Assembly: GCA_964016885.1 (NCBI GenBank)
Contig: OZ024758.1
Coordinates: 8,432,001-8,496,000, forward strand
Direction of reading: 5' to 3'
Source of the DNA: Eledone cirrhosa
Lineage: Eukaryota
DNA: 64,000 nt
Positions 40,928 to 53,378 of this stretch are shown piece by piece. The position numbers and the translations under genes are program-made. The first letter of the stretch is position 1. Each line of letters opens with the position of its first letter. Under the pieces are notes generated by a model that ran no database searches, was not told where the DNA came from, and saw nothing but the letters and a program-made list of their open reading frames with translations.

Positions 40928-41193
40928 CCTCTGTTACCATATTTCAAATGAAATACACTGCCTATGTGTTTCAATTAATTTTTTAAATAATCAAAGCATG
41001 AAAAAAATGATGATGATAATGAATCAAATATTTGGAGGAAATTAAAAATATAACTAACTTTTCTCATTAGTAAGATTGGTATTTAGAACATTATAAATGA
41101 TGGAAAGGTTTAATATATGGATAAATATTTGAAAATGAGCAACTTCATATCATAAATTCAGGGTCAGTTTCAGGTAGTTTGGTATCAAATGGG
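40928..41193 (+). mobile_element. Second TTAA-flanked MITE family (degenerate)
   Basis: TTAA-CCTCTGTTACCA...TGGTATCAAATGGG-TTAA. Confidence 0.55.
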
Positions 41194-41204
41194 TTAATAC
41201 TATT

Positions 41205-41367
41205 AATTGTTTCTATTTTAGGCACAAGGCCAGCAATTACCCAGTACATTACTGGTACTTTATTTTATCGACCCCGTAAGGATGAAAGGCAAAGTTTAAC
41301 CTCGGCGGGATTTGAACTCAGATCATAAAGGGACGTAACTCTATGCTTCAAAGCATGGCGTCCGACT
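41205..41367 (-). mobile_element. tRNA-derived SINE
   Basis: Same family as 56947-57129; short direct repeat actattaat on both flanks. Confidence 0.8.
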
Positions 41368-42209
41368 CACTATTAATACTACAGAAAGGTGACAGGGACA
41401 GAGTTTTGGCACTCAAAGAAATTCATTAAGTCAGTAAAAGGCCCCCCCCCTCTCTATTTGTCATTGTCTATATCATTGTCAACAACCCCACCCCCACCAC
41501 TGACACACATATCTTTCCTACATTGTTCTACACTTCTCTCAGTTTTCTTTTATTTCTTTCTTCTTTGTTTATTGTCTTACATAAACCCTCCCACCCTCTC
41601 TTCACCTCCCTCCCACTCTCTCTTTTTCCTCACTTTCTCTTGTCTTCTCACCATCACATATGACTTCCCCAATCTGGTTATTTACCCCCTCCTCTCAGCT
41701 CTTTACTCTAGCTCCCCTCTCCTCCTCCCTCCCCTTCACATATCCAGCCAGGTGTCCCTCATCAAACTGTAACATATACACCTGTGAGGTGTCATCAAAT
41801 GATCCAGCTCCCCTCCACACACACACTCACACATACACTATCTCTCTCTCACACACACTATCTCTCTCACACACACACTATCTCTCTCTCACACACACTA
41901 TCTCTCTCACACACACACTATCTTTCTCTCTCACACACACTCACACGTACACTATCTCTCTCTCACACACACTCACACGTACACTATCTCTCTCACACAC
42001 ACTCACACGTACACTATCTCTCTCACACACACTCACACGTACACTATCTCTCTCACACACACACTCACATGTACACTATCTCTCTCACACACACTCACAC
42101 ACAAAGTGCTTCCTTTCCTTATCTTCTTCATTTATATATATATACACATATATATATGTGTATATACACATATATATATACACATACACACACACACACA
42201 CATATATAT

Positions 42210-42242
<33 letters not shown>

Positions 42243-42389
42243 CACACATACATATACATATATACATTATACATACATATACATACATACATACATACAT
42301 ACATACATACATACATGTATATATACATTTATACATATATATATATATACGATATTAACAAATGGAAACTATATTTATAAAACCATATT

Positions 42390-42452
42390 TATTTCATTAT
42401 ATATATTTCAAGGACACCAAGTTAAATTATGGTGTGCTTTCATCAGATAAAA
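42390..42452 (-). ncRNA. Minimal type I hammerhead ribozyme motif (sense to ERAL1)
   Basis: Minus strand TTTTAT-CTGATGA-AAGCACACCA/TGGTGTCCTT-GAAA-TATATA-TA-ATGAAA. Confidence 0.65.
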
Positions 42453-42551
42453 GACTATCATCAGATAAAAGACTATCAGGGAGCTTCCAACAGTAATGGT
42501 TGCATTCTTTAAGGGTATGTCAATATTTATTTATAAAACTGCTCTATATTA

Positions 42552-42609
42552 TATTTTATCTGATGAAAGCACACCATAATTTATCTTGGTGGCCCTTGAA
42601 ATATATATA
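42552..42609 (+). ncRNA. Truncated hammerhead motif (3' strand of stem I lost)
   Basis: TATTTTAT-CTGATGA-stem II-GAAA-TATATA-TA, then unrelated sequence. Confidence 0.45.
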
Positions 42610-42660
42610 GTCCCCACTATATATAGTCCCCACTATATATATATATATATATATAGCCCC

Positions 42661-42714
<54 letters not shown>

Positions 42715-42719
<5 letters not shown>

Positions 42720-42826
42720 AACGAGTAGGACCCCGACGGCTGAGCTCAAGCCGTTTCGATGGCTAGGTCCAGAATTAGCCGTCGAAACGGCTTGAGCTCA
42801 GCCGTCGGGGTCCTACTCGTTCCTAT
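42715..42826. repeat. GC-rich hairpin, 51-bp arms, 10-nt loop
   Basis: ataggaacgagtaggaccccgacggctgagctcaagccgtttcga(t/c)ggcta and its reverse complement, one mismatch. Confidence 0.95.
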
Positions 42827-42901
42827 TACCCACTCTACTACCCTAAGTATTGAGTACTTTGGTACGTTATGGTCCACCTGGTTCCTTACCACATTTCCTT
42901 C

Positions 42902-42936
<35 letters not shown>

Positions 42937-42938
42937 CC

Positions 42939-43020
<82 letters not shown>

Positions 43021-43046
43021 TCCACACTATATATATATATAGTGCC

Positions 43047-43084
<38 letters not shown>

Positions 43085-43492
43085 CATCATCATCATTTTA
43101 CACCCGCTTTTCCTTGCTTGCAAGGGTGTATATATATATATATATATATATGGAGGCACATGACTTAGTGGTTACAGCATTGGCCTTGCAATCGAAAGGT
43201 TGTGAGTTCAATTCTCAGACCGGGTGATGTGTTGTTTCCTTGAGCAAGACACTTTATTTCACATTGCTCCAGTTTACTCAGCTGTAGAAATGAGATGATA
43301 GGGACTGGGGTCCCTATCATTCCACTGCAAAGTGGTCGTGGAGGTGCCACGGTAAAAAAGCACCCAGCACTCACTGTAAATGAGGTTGGTGTTAGGAAGG
43401 GCATCCAGCTGTAGAAATCAAGCCAGCATTAGTTCCCGTCCCACCCTTGCAAGCAGGGAAAAGTGGACGTAAAATGAAATGATGATGAATGA

Positions 43493-43544
<52 letters not shown>

Positions 43545-45439
43545 CCCTCCCCACCGCACACCTATACACGCAACACTGGAAGACCCTCCTTAATTCTTTG
43601 ATAAATAAGCAAAGAGTTTGTCAGTTTGTCTTGTGTGTAAAATTAGCCACCTGTAGAATGATGAAGACAACAGCAGATAGAGGGTGAGGATAGGATAGGA
43701 TAGGATAGGAGAGAGGAGGGATATGGGCTAGAGAAGGGTAGGAGACATGGGAGAGTGGATAGGGGATAGAGGATAGGATAGGAGATAGAGGAAGGATAGA
43801 GGGCCGGGGGATAGGGGATAGAGGATAGGATAGGAGATAGAGGAAGGATAGAGGGCCGGGGGATAGGAGATAGAGGAAGGATAGAGGGCCGGGGGGGATA
43901 GGGGATAGGGGATAGAGTAAAGTGAGACAGCCATAGAGATGATATACATCCAGCTACCTTTGTGACATCATGTGAGGTCACATCAACTGGCACAACAACC
44001 ACATCAATGTTATGGAAACAGAGAAGTGATGTAGGAATTTAATCACCACCACACACCAAGCACCACCACCACCACCATACACCACCACCACCACCACCAC
44101 ACACCACCACACACCAAGCACCACCACCACCACCACCACCACCACCACCACCACCACCACCACAACACCATACACCACCACCATCACAACACAATACACC
44201 ACACCACCACCACCACCATACACCACCACCACCACAACACCATACACCACCACCATCACAACACGATACACCACACCACCACCATACCAAGCACCACCAC
44301 CACCACCACCACCACCACCACCATACACCACCACCATACACATACTATCTACTAAACCTAGCACAAGACAGGTAAATACCAATATAATATATATTGGTAT
44401 ATGGAGGAGAAGTGGAGGGGGGGGGGATCAGCTTCTTTCTTTCTTTCATGCTATCCTTCTCACTGTCTTTCTTTCTTTCTTACTTTCTTTTTCTGTCTGT
44501 CTGTCTTTCTCTTTATCTTTCTTTCTTACTTTCTTTCTTTTTCTAACTGTCTGTCTTTCTCTTTATCTTTCTTTCTTCCTTTCTTTTTCTGTCTGTCTCT
44601 CTGTCTCTCTGTCTGCCCGTCTGTCTCTCATCCTCTCCTCTTTAGTTCTTTGACTTTATATTTTAAACTTTATTTCTTCTATTTCTTATTGTTTACTGTT
44701 CCCCTTATCCTCGGCAATCATGGACCTATCTACAATATCTCTGTTCCAATTTAGTAAATACATATTGACAACAACAACAACAACAACAACAACACACATA
44801 TTGACAAACAACAACACACACATATATAGAACAAAAACACACATACATATATGAAACAAAGCCTGCAAAAAAGTGGTGGTGATGGTGGCAGTGGTGGTAG
44901 AAGTGATGTTGGCAGTGGTGGTAGTGAAATGGTGGTGATGGTGGCAGTGGTGGTAGAAGTGATGTTGGCAGTGGTGGTGGTGGTGGTGGTGGTAGTGAAA
45001 TGGTGGTGATGGTGGCAGTGGTGGTAGAAGTGATGTTGGCAGTGGTGAAAGTGGTGGTGGTGGTGGCAATGGTGAAATGGTGGTGGTGGTGGCAGTGGTG
45101 AAAGTGGTGCTGGTGGAGGAGTGGTGCAAAGTGGTGTTGGTGCTGGTGGGGGGGGGGGGGGGAGTGGTGCAAAGTGAAAATGAAAACAGGTTGGTTATTA
45201 AACTCTATTGATGTTGGAACAGTATTTGCCACCTCAGTGTACTTGTTGATGCTTCTCTGTGAGAATCTTAACAACTAGAGATACAGTTTCCTATTCCATC
45301 TTATCACCGACGTGATGACGGAATAATATTGATTACACATGCCCCTATATTATCATTATTATTGTTATTGTTGTTGCCATCGTAAATGTTGTTATTACTA
45401 CTATTTTTTTGTGTTATTTTACAACTTTTCCCCTTATTA

Positions 45440-45499
<60 letters not shown>

Positions 45500-46407
45500 T
45501 CCAATAATGATATTTATTATTATCATTATTATCTTCATTGCATTGATATCTGTTTATGAATTCCAAAGCTGTTCATTCACCAGAAGAGATGAGATATGTC
45601 TTTGTCACACCTCATTGCTAGCCCCTCCTTGTAAACACTTATCTACAATTCAATACAATATAAGACAATGTAAATAGTGTCACCAGCAAAGGCATCATAT
45701 CAGATAAAGTTATTGTTTAATAAATATGAGAACATGTATGATTATATATGCTTGCTTTAATTGCTTTACTTCTCCCGGTGTTTATATAATATCGACAAAT
45801 ACTTATCTTCTTAATATTGTATTGCTGCTCTCCCACAGTAATACGGAACAGCTGAAATCATTTGACAATATCTCACACAAACATACTTCGATATTTTTTG
45901 ATATTTTTTTATGCTTTGCGGCACGTAGTTTTTGGCCCTTTATGTTCTGAGTTCAAATCCCTCTGAGGTTAACTTTGCCGTTCATCCTTAAGCAGTCGAT
46001 AAAATAAAGTACCACTTTCATCCTTAAGGAGTCAATAAAATAAAGTACCACTTTCATCCTTAAGGGGTCAATAAAATAAAGTGTGTTACTGGTATTTTAA
46101 TTTATTGCTCCTGTAAGGATGAAAGGCACAAGGCCAACATTTTGATGGAGGGGAAAGCTGATTAAATCGACCCCAGTACATTACTGGTACTTTAATTTAT
46201 TGCTCCTGTAAGGATGAAAGGCAAAGTTAATCACAGCAGGATTTGAAGTGAGAACATAAAGGGCCATAACTATATGCCACAAACCATGTTGTCTAATGCT
46301 CTACCGATTCTACCAATTTATAGTTGTTTCATATAATGGAAAACCAACTACAACAGTGAATAAAAACAACCAACAATAACAAAAAAAATACAAATAAAAC
46401 AACTTAC

Positions 46408-46485
46408 AATTTGGTTGTTGTCCTCAGTCAGAACACCTAAAGTGTTTTTACGGGTTGTATGGACCTTTGAAGATACCGAGGACAC
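46408..46485 (-). CDS. ERAL1: ERAL1 exon, G2 motif
   Basis: 78 nt, phase 0-0, tctag acceptor / gtaagt donor; VSSVSSKVHTTRKNTLGVLTEDNNQI (Era 'K.HTTR'). Confidence 0.95.
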
Positions 46486-46936
46486 CTAGAAATAATTAAA
46501 ACAATGAAAATAACAGAATCATCGAAATGTTTATGTATGGACATAGCAACATCATTTAAATATGACCTTCCCATCCATGAAGACCAGGAAAACCTCCCCA
46601 ACATGCGCTTGAAATCATGCAAACCATTCTGGGAATAAATGTTAGTGGTGACATTGTTTAAGTCCTGCATAAACAACACATTCTGCAGTGTACTGATTTG
46701 ACAAATGTTAGGGTGTAAAATATCAGGAAACCTGCCTTGAAAAGTTTTCATCCACATTGATGCAGGCATGGAAAAGGTGGATGTAAAAAAATTATGATGA
46801 AGATAGTATAACAGGAGCGTGCAACAGGCAGCCAGTGGGCCAGACCAGTGAGAGTGGCCCGTGATGACCATTTTTAATTTTTACCAAGTAGGCTTATTTA
46901 GAATTTTTTTCGTAACCGTAATACAATTTTCTGTTA

Positions 46937-47324
46937 GTTGACCTATACTAAAGGGCTTCACTGATAGGGTTACATGTGTTATAATTACCCAGTTGACCTA
47001 TACTAAAGGGCTTCACTGATAGGGTTATGTGTGTTATAATTACCCAGTTGACCTATACTAAAGGGCTTCACTGATAGGGTTATGTGTGTTATAATTACCC
47101 AGTTGACCTGTACTGAAGGGCTTCACTGATAGGGTTACATGTGTTATAATTACCCAGTTGACCTGTACTGAAGGGCTTCACTGATAGGGTTATGTGTGTT
47201 ATAAACTCCCAGTTGACCTCTATTAAAGGGCTTCACTGATAGGGTTATGTGTGTTATAATTACCCAGTTGACCTGTACTGAAGGGCTTCACTGATAGGGT
47301 TATGTGTGTTATAATTTCTCAGTT
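46937..47324. repeat. 55-bp minisatellite, about 7 copies
   Basis: Unit agttgacctatactaaagggcttcactgatagggttatgtgtgttataattaccc. Confidence 0.95.
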
Positions 47325-48494
47325 CCATGTTATGGAAAGAAGTTGTGGTGAATCTTTGGAATGGTGCTTAATAAATATTAATGGCTCTAATAGTTGTTGT
47401 AATGTTCAAATGTGATAATGAGAAAGTTATTTTACCAAATCTCTCCAAATTCTTGATTATTTTCAAAATTATTTGTAAATAATATAGACAATGTACAGAG
47501 TGAGTCATAAGTAACCAGTCCAACATTTATATTCCAAATGATATTTACTAATCTGGTCATACAGTACAAAATTATAAATACATCAAACCATAGTAGTTAA
47601 AAAAATATAACCATGGTTCATCATTATCATCGTTTAATGTCCATCTTCCACGCCAGCATGGGTCGGACGGTTTTGTCCCACTTGAGGCGAGATTGGTCGG
47701 GTGACCGTGTCTTGCTCGTACAGAAATGTTTCTGGCTGGTTTTCTACAGCCTGATGCCCTTCCTAATGCCATCTACATTTTTGTCATGTCACCTACATGA
47801 CGATTTTACAGTGGGCTGAAAAGTTCATGGGCTGCCTATGAAGGAGTGATGTTAGAGCTGTAAAATCTTGCATGCATTAATTTCAACTCTTATTTGTCTC
47901 TTTCCAGAGACTATGTTGAAAAATAAACCCCCATTTGGTCATTCCATCAGAGTATCTTGGTCAGCCTATGAACTTTCCTGCCAAACCTTCGATGTTACTT
48001 CAAACACTGCTGACACTTCTTTAACTTTTTCTTCTTTTTTTTTTGTGTTTGTATTTCTATGAACTTTTCAGTTGACCCTCGTAGACAGGTATCACTTCCT
48101 ATTGCTAGCCAGCAATCTCTGAAATACTAGTGAAATCTGCTTGTCAACCAGAAAAATAAAAGTAGACTTATGTACTTTTCTAGGGAACTTAGTCAAGCTG
48201 GTGCAATGATAAAATACATCCAGTACACTCAGTAAATCATCATCATCATCATCATCATAAAGTGCTTGGCATTAGAAAAAGCATATAGCCATAGAAACTA
48301 TGACAAAATATGGCACATATGAGCAAGGCATGGTATCAAGACCGTCTTGTTTCGGACAGTGACAACCTGTCCAACCCATGCCATGGAAAGTAGACATAAA
48401 ATGCTGATGGTGGTGGTAATAAATGGAAGTAAATGTTGAACCGGTGACCATGTGGTCAGCAGTCCAGCATCTCAATCTGTTGGGTGTATGTAAT

Positions 48495-48672
48495 AACTGT
48501 TTCTACTTTGGGCACAAGGCCAGCAATTACCCCAGTGCATTACTGGTACTTTATACTGGTATTTTATCGACCCCCGTAAGGATGAAAGGCAAAGTTAACC
48601 TCGGCGGGATTTGAACTCAGAATGGCAAGGGCCGTAACTCTGTGCGTCACAGCATGGTGTCCGACCCTCTAC
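48495..48672 (-). mobile_element. tRNA-derived SINE
   Basis: Same family as 56947-57129. Confidence 0.8.
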
Positions 48673-48743
48673 CAACAGACGATGATGAATGGTGTAAAAA
48701 ATGCAGATGAAGCAACAATATTTGTCAAACTGGCAGAACAGAA

Positions 48744-49847
48744 GTGTGTGTATGAGTGTCTATATGTGGATGGTGTGTTTATGTGTGGGTAGTGTGTTTA
48801 TGTATGAGTGTCTGTGTGGGTAGTGTGTTTATGTGTGAGTGTCTATATGTGGATGGTGTGTTTATGTGTGGGTAGTGTGTTTATGTATGAGTGTCTGTGT
48901 GGGTAGTGTGTTTATGTATGAGTGTCTGTGTGGGTGGTGTGTTTATGTATGAGTGTCTATATGTGGGTGGTGTGTTTATGTGTGGGTAGTGTGTTTATGT
49001 ATGAGTGTCTGTGTGGGTGGTGTGTTTATGTATGAGTGTCTGTGTGGGTGGTGTGTTTATGTGTGAGTGTCTATATGTGGGTGGTGTGTTTATGTGTGGG
49101 TAGTGTGTTTATGTATGAGTGTCTGTGTGGGTGGTGTGTTTATGTGTGAGTGTCTATATGTGGGTGGTGTGTTTATGTGTGGGTAGTGTGTTTATGTATG
49201 AGTGTCTGTGTGGGTGGTGTGTTTATGTATGAGTGTCTATATGTGGGTGGTGTGTTTATGTGTGGGTAGTGTGTTTATGTATGAGTGTCTGTGTGGGTGG
49301 TGTGTTTATGTATGAGTGTCTGTGTGGGTGGTGTGTTTATGTGTGAGTGTCTATATGTGGGTGGTGTGTTTATGTGTGGGTAGTGTGTTTATGTATGAGT
49401 GTCTGTGTGGGTGGTGTGTTTATGTGTGAGTGTCTATATGTGGGTGGTGTGTTTATGTGTGGGTAGTGTGTTTATGTATGAGTGTCTGTGTGGGTGGTGT
49501 GTTTATGTATGAGTGTCTATATGTGGGTGGTGTGTTTATGTGTGGGTAGTGTGTTTATGTATGAGTGTCTGTGTGGGTGGTGTGTTTATGTGTGAGTGTC
49601 TATATGTGGGTGGTGTGTTTATGTGTGGGTAGTGTGTTTATGTATGAGTGTCTGTGTGGGTGGTGTGTTTATGTATGAGTGTCTATATGTGGGTGGTGTG
49701 TTTATGTGTGGGTAGTGTGTTTATGTATGAGTGTCTGTGTGGGTGGTGTGTTTATGTATGAGTGTCTGTGTGGGTAGTGTGTTTGTGTATGAGTGTCTGT
49801 GTGGGTGGTGTGTTTGTGTATGAGTGTCTGTGTGGGTGGTGTGTATG
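48744..49847. repeat. GT-rich composite minisatellite
   Basis: Alternating gtgtgtttatgtatgagtgtct(g/a)..gtgggt(g/a) subunits. Confidence 0.9.
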
Positions 49848-49989
49848 TTAGGGAGAAGATAATAAATTCTTCTCACATCTCTATAAAAAAAGAAAGAAAG
49901 AGCCTCAGCAGTAAAAGATGAAGTTAAGAAACTTCAGTGAAAGAGAAGGAAGATAAGTTCTGAAAGAAATAAAAAAATGGAATGGTCAA

Positions 49990-50437
49990 AGGTGGTGGTG
50001 GTGGTGGTGGTGGAGATGGTGGTGGTGGAGATGGTGGTGATGGTAGTAGTGGTGGTGAAGATGGTGGTGGTGGTGGTGATGGTGGTGATGGTGGTGGTAG
50101 TGATGGTGGTGGTAGTGATGGTGGTGGTGGAGATGGTGGTGGTAGTGATGGTGGTGGTGGAGATGGTGGTGATGGTAGTAGTGGTGGTAGTAGTGATGGT
50201 GGTGGTGGAGATGGTGGTGGTGGTAGTGATGGTGGTGGTAGTGATGGTGGTGGTAGTGATGGTGGTGGTAGTGATGGTGCTGGTGGAGATGGTGCTGGTG
50301 GTGGTAGTGGTAGTGGAGATGGTGGTGGTGGTGGAGATGGTGGTGGTGGTGGAGATGGTGGTGGTAGTGGAGACGGCGGCGGTGGTAGTGGAGATGGCAG
50401 TGGTGGTGAAGACGGCGGCGGTGGTAGTGATGGCGGC
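49990..50437. repeat. (GGT/GAT)n tract
   Basis: Direct inspection. Confidence 0.9.
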
Positions 50438-51202
50438 TTTGATGGTGAAAAAAAAATAAAAAAAATAAAAAAAAATAAATAAGTAAGTAAGCAAAGAATT
50501 ATGGAAAATTAATTCCGAAGAAAAATGTTAACAGAATAAAAATAACAGGAGGAAGAATCTTCTGGAAGTAATTTTATCTTTATCATTAATATGAGAAGAT
50601 TTACCATTTTTCTTTCCATCTTTTGTTTGTTGTTTGTTGTTATTCATGTCATTGATTTCACTGTGGTTTGTTTATAACCAACATCATTGTTGTTGCTGCT
50701 GTTGTTGTTGTTGTTATTTAGCTGCTGTTATTTCTTATTTTCTCAAGTTCCATTTTTAAGCCCACATAAAATATTAATATATTATTGTCACCGCAGCAAA
50801 AAATAAACACGAGAAAAAAAATGAACGGTAACAACAACAACAACAACAACAGCAGCAGCAATAATAACAATAACCAATAACAACAGCAATGGTTGCTTCT
50901 ATGTTTTTAGTTTTTGCAGTGCCACCTCAATTCACATCGTGCCAGCCTCTGTCAACAGTTGCAACTAATAAGGTCTCTGTCAAATGCTAAAGGCCATATA
51001 ACACTGATTAGTGCTTTCTTCATCTTGGCAGAATTAGAAAAAACCAAAAAAAAACCCCCAAAAAAAAACCTAACAAACAAACGGATAAACAAAAGAACAA
51101 AGAACGGAGAAGAAAAACAAACAGGTATCTACTGAATATGCACACGTAGACATACCTACACATATATATATATATATACATACTCATACGCATATGTATA
51201 TG

Positions 51203-51250
<48 letters not shown>

Positions 51251-51420
51251 CTCATACTTACATGTATATATATATATATATATATTTGTATATATACATA
51301 TGCATGCCTGTATATATATATGCGTGTGTATATATATATATGTGTGTGTGTATATATATATATACATACTCATACTTATATGTATATATATATATTTGTA
51401 TATATACATATGCATGCCTA

Positions 51421-51467
<47 letters not shown>

Positions 51468-51550
51468 ATATATATGTGTGTGTATATATATACATACATA
51501 CTCATACTTATATCTATATATATATATTTGTATATATACATATGCATGCG

Positions 51551-51581
<31 letters not shown>

Positions 51582-51645
51582 ATATATATATATACACACT
51601 CGTACTCATATGTATATATATATTTGTAAATATACATATGCATGC

Positions 51646-51686
<41 letters not shown>

Positions 51687-52129
51687 TATATACATATATA
51701 CATACATAAAACTATAAAAGTACACACCAACAAGGAAAAGGTGAAGGAGAGGAGGAGAACAAAGCACAGAATGAAGGAGAGTGATTTGTGTAAATAAAAT
51801 ATCTATTCTAAGTAGTAGTTCTTTCCAGTTTAGACAACGACATACTGAAAGGTAATAATAATAATTGTTTCTACTTTAGGCACAAGGCCAGCAATTTGAA
51901 GGGGAGGGGAAGTCGGTTAAATCGACCCCAGTACATTACTGGTACTTTATTTTATTGACCCCATAAGGATGGGCCGTAGATTTCAAAATAAATTGAGGGC
52001 AACAAAGATGTTGGTGTGTTACCTGTTATTTTTATTTGCTGTCCTAATATTTCAGGCCTAAACACCCTTTGTCACAAAACTATAACAAGAAACTGGCTAT
52101 GTCAAAATTTATAAAACAAACACTCTTAG

Positions 52130-52192
52130 TATTTTATCTGATGAAAGCGTACCAAAGATTTTTGGTACCCTTGAAATATATATAATAGAATA
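52130..52192 (+). ncRNA. Minimal type I hammerhead ribozyme motif, divergent subfamily
   Basis: TATTTTAT-CTGATGA-AAGCGTACCAAA/TTTGGTACCCTT-GAAA-TATATA-TA-ATAGAATA; compensatory stem II changes relative to the 5355 copy. Confidence 0.7.
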
Positions 52193-52280
52193 AATATGGT
52201 TTTATAAATATAGTTTCCATTTATTTAATATCATTGTATATATATATGTAAGAATATTTTCGAAACAGCGAGTGGGTTTG

Positions 52281-52520
52281 AAATTATTAGAAATGTAAGC
52301 TATCGCCGTATTTTGACTAAAGAAATTAAAGAAATTATTTAGCCTGATAGTGGGGTCAAGAACCCTCAGAGAAATGGAAAAAGATGAGTATTGACATACA
52401 TGTACGTCAATACTCATCTTTTTCCATTTCTCTGAGGGTTCTTGACCCCACTATCAGGCTAAATAATTTCTTTAATTTCTTTAGTCAAAATACGGCGATA
52501 GCTTACATTTCTAATAATTT
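52281..52520. repeat. 240-bp near-perfect palindrome (120-bp arms, no spacer)
   Basis: Centre ACA|TGT at 52400/52401; single mismatch near the centre. Confidence 0.95.
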
Positions 52521-52590
52521 ATGTGTGTGTGTATGTGTGTGTGTATGTGTGTGTGTGTGTATGTGTGTGTGTGTATACAAAGATATACAA

Positions 52591-52722
52591 ACAGGGTGGT
52601 GTAGAAGTCACACACCAACCAAATCACAAAAACACTTATCACATTTACTTACAAAAATAACAAATATGAAGATATGGCAAAAGTGTTATTTTAGTGATGC
52701 ACGGCTTTTGTGCCACCCTGTA
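52591..52722. mobile_element. Short Tc1-like MITE
   Basis: Termini acagggtggtgtagaagtcac / cacggcttttgtgccaccctgta. Confidence 0.55.
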
Positions 52723-53342
52723 TATGTGTGTGTGTGTTGAGGGTGGGTATGTATATTATTACTGGTTAATGTTATTTCAACATTTTTTTACGTTTCTCAA
52801 ACCTTGTTAAATATATGTGAACATGCATCCATCATGGCCTTCTCCTTGACATGAGAAAATGAATTGATCCAGCTTTCAGAATATCTACCTAGAATATTAA
52901 TTATACAGACTGAAGAAATGGTAAGAATACAGAAGGGAAGGGAACATGGATTTGGCTGAAGCCATTAAAGATCTTCATGGGATTGAAATCTTGTTTTCAG
53001 TTCATGCTTTGCTACACATACACACACATAGACATGTGAGTTTACGTGTATGTATATGCACACACATATATATATATATGTATGTATGTATGTATGTGTG
53101 TGCTTGTCTGTGTGTATATATATATACACATACACACACACACACACACATACATACATATATATATATATATGTATGTATGTGTGTGCTTGTGTGTGTG
53201 TATATATATATACACATACACACATATATATATATATATATTTATGTATGTATTAGTGTAGTGTGTGTGTGTGTTTGTGTGTGTGTATATATATATACAC
53301 ACACACACATATATATACACACACATATATATATACACACAC

Positions 53343-53378
<36 letters not shown>

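Noticed and set aside
50975-51032. Imperfect hairpin of pre-miRNA size
   Set aside because: Pairing is weak and interrupted, and I recognise no mature miRNA.
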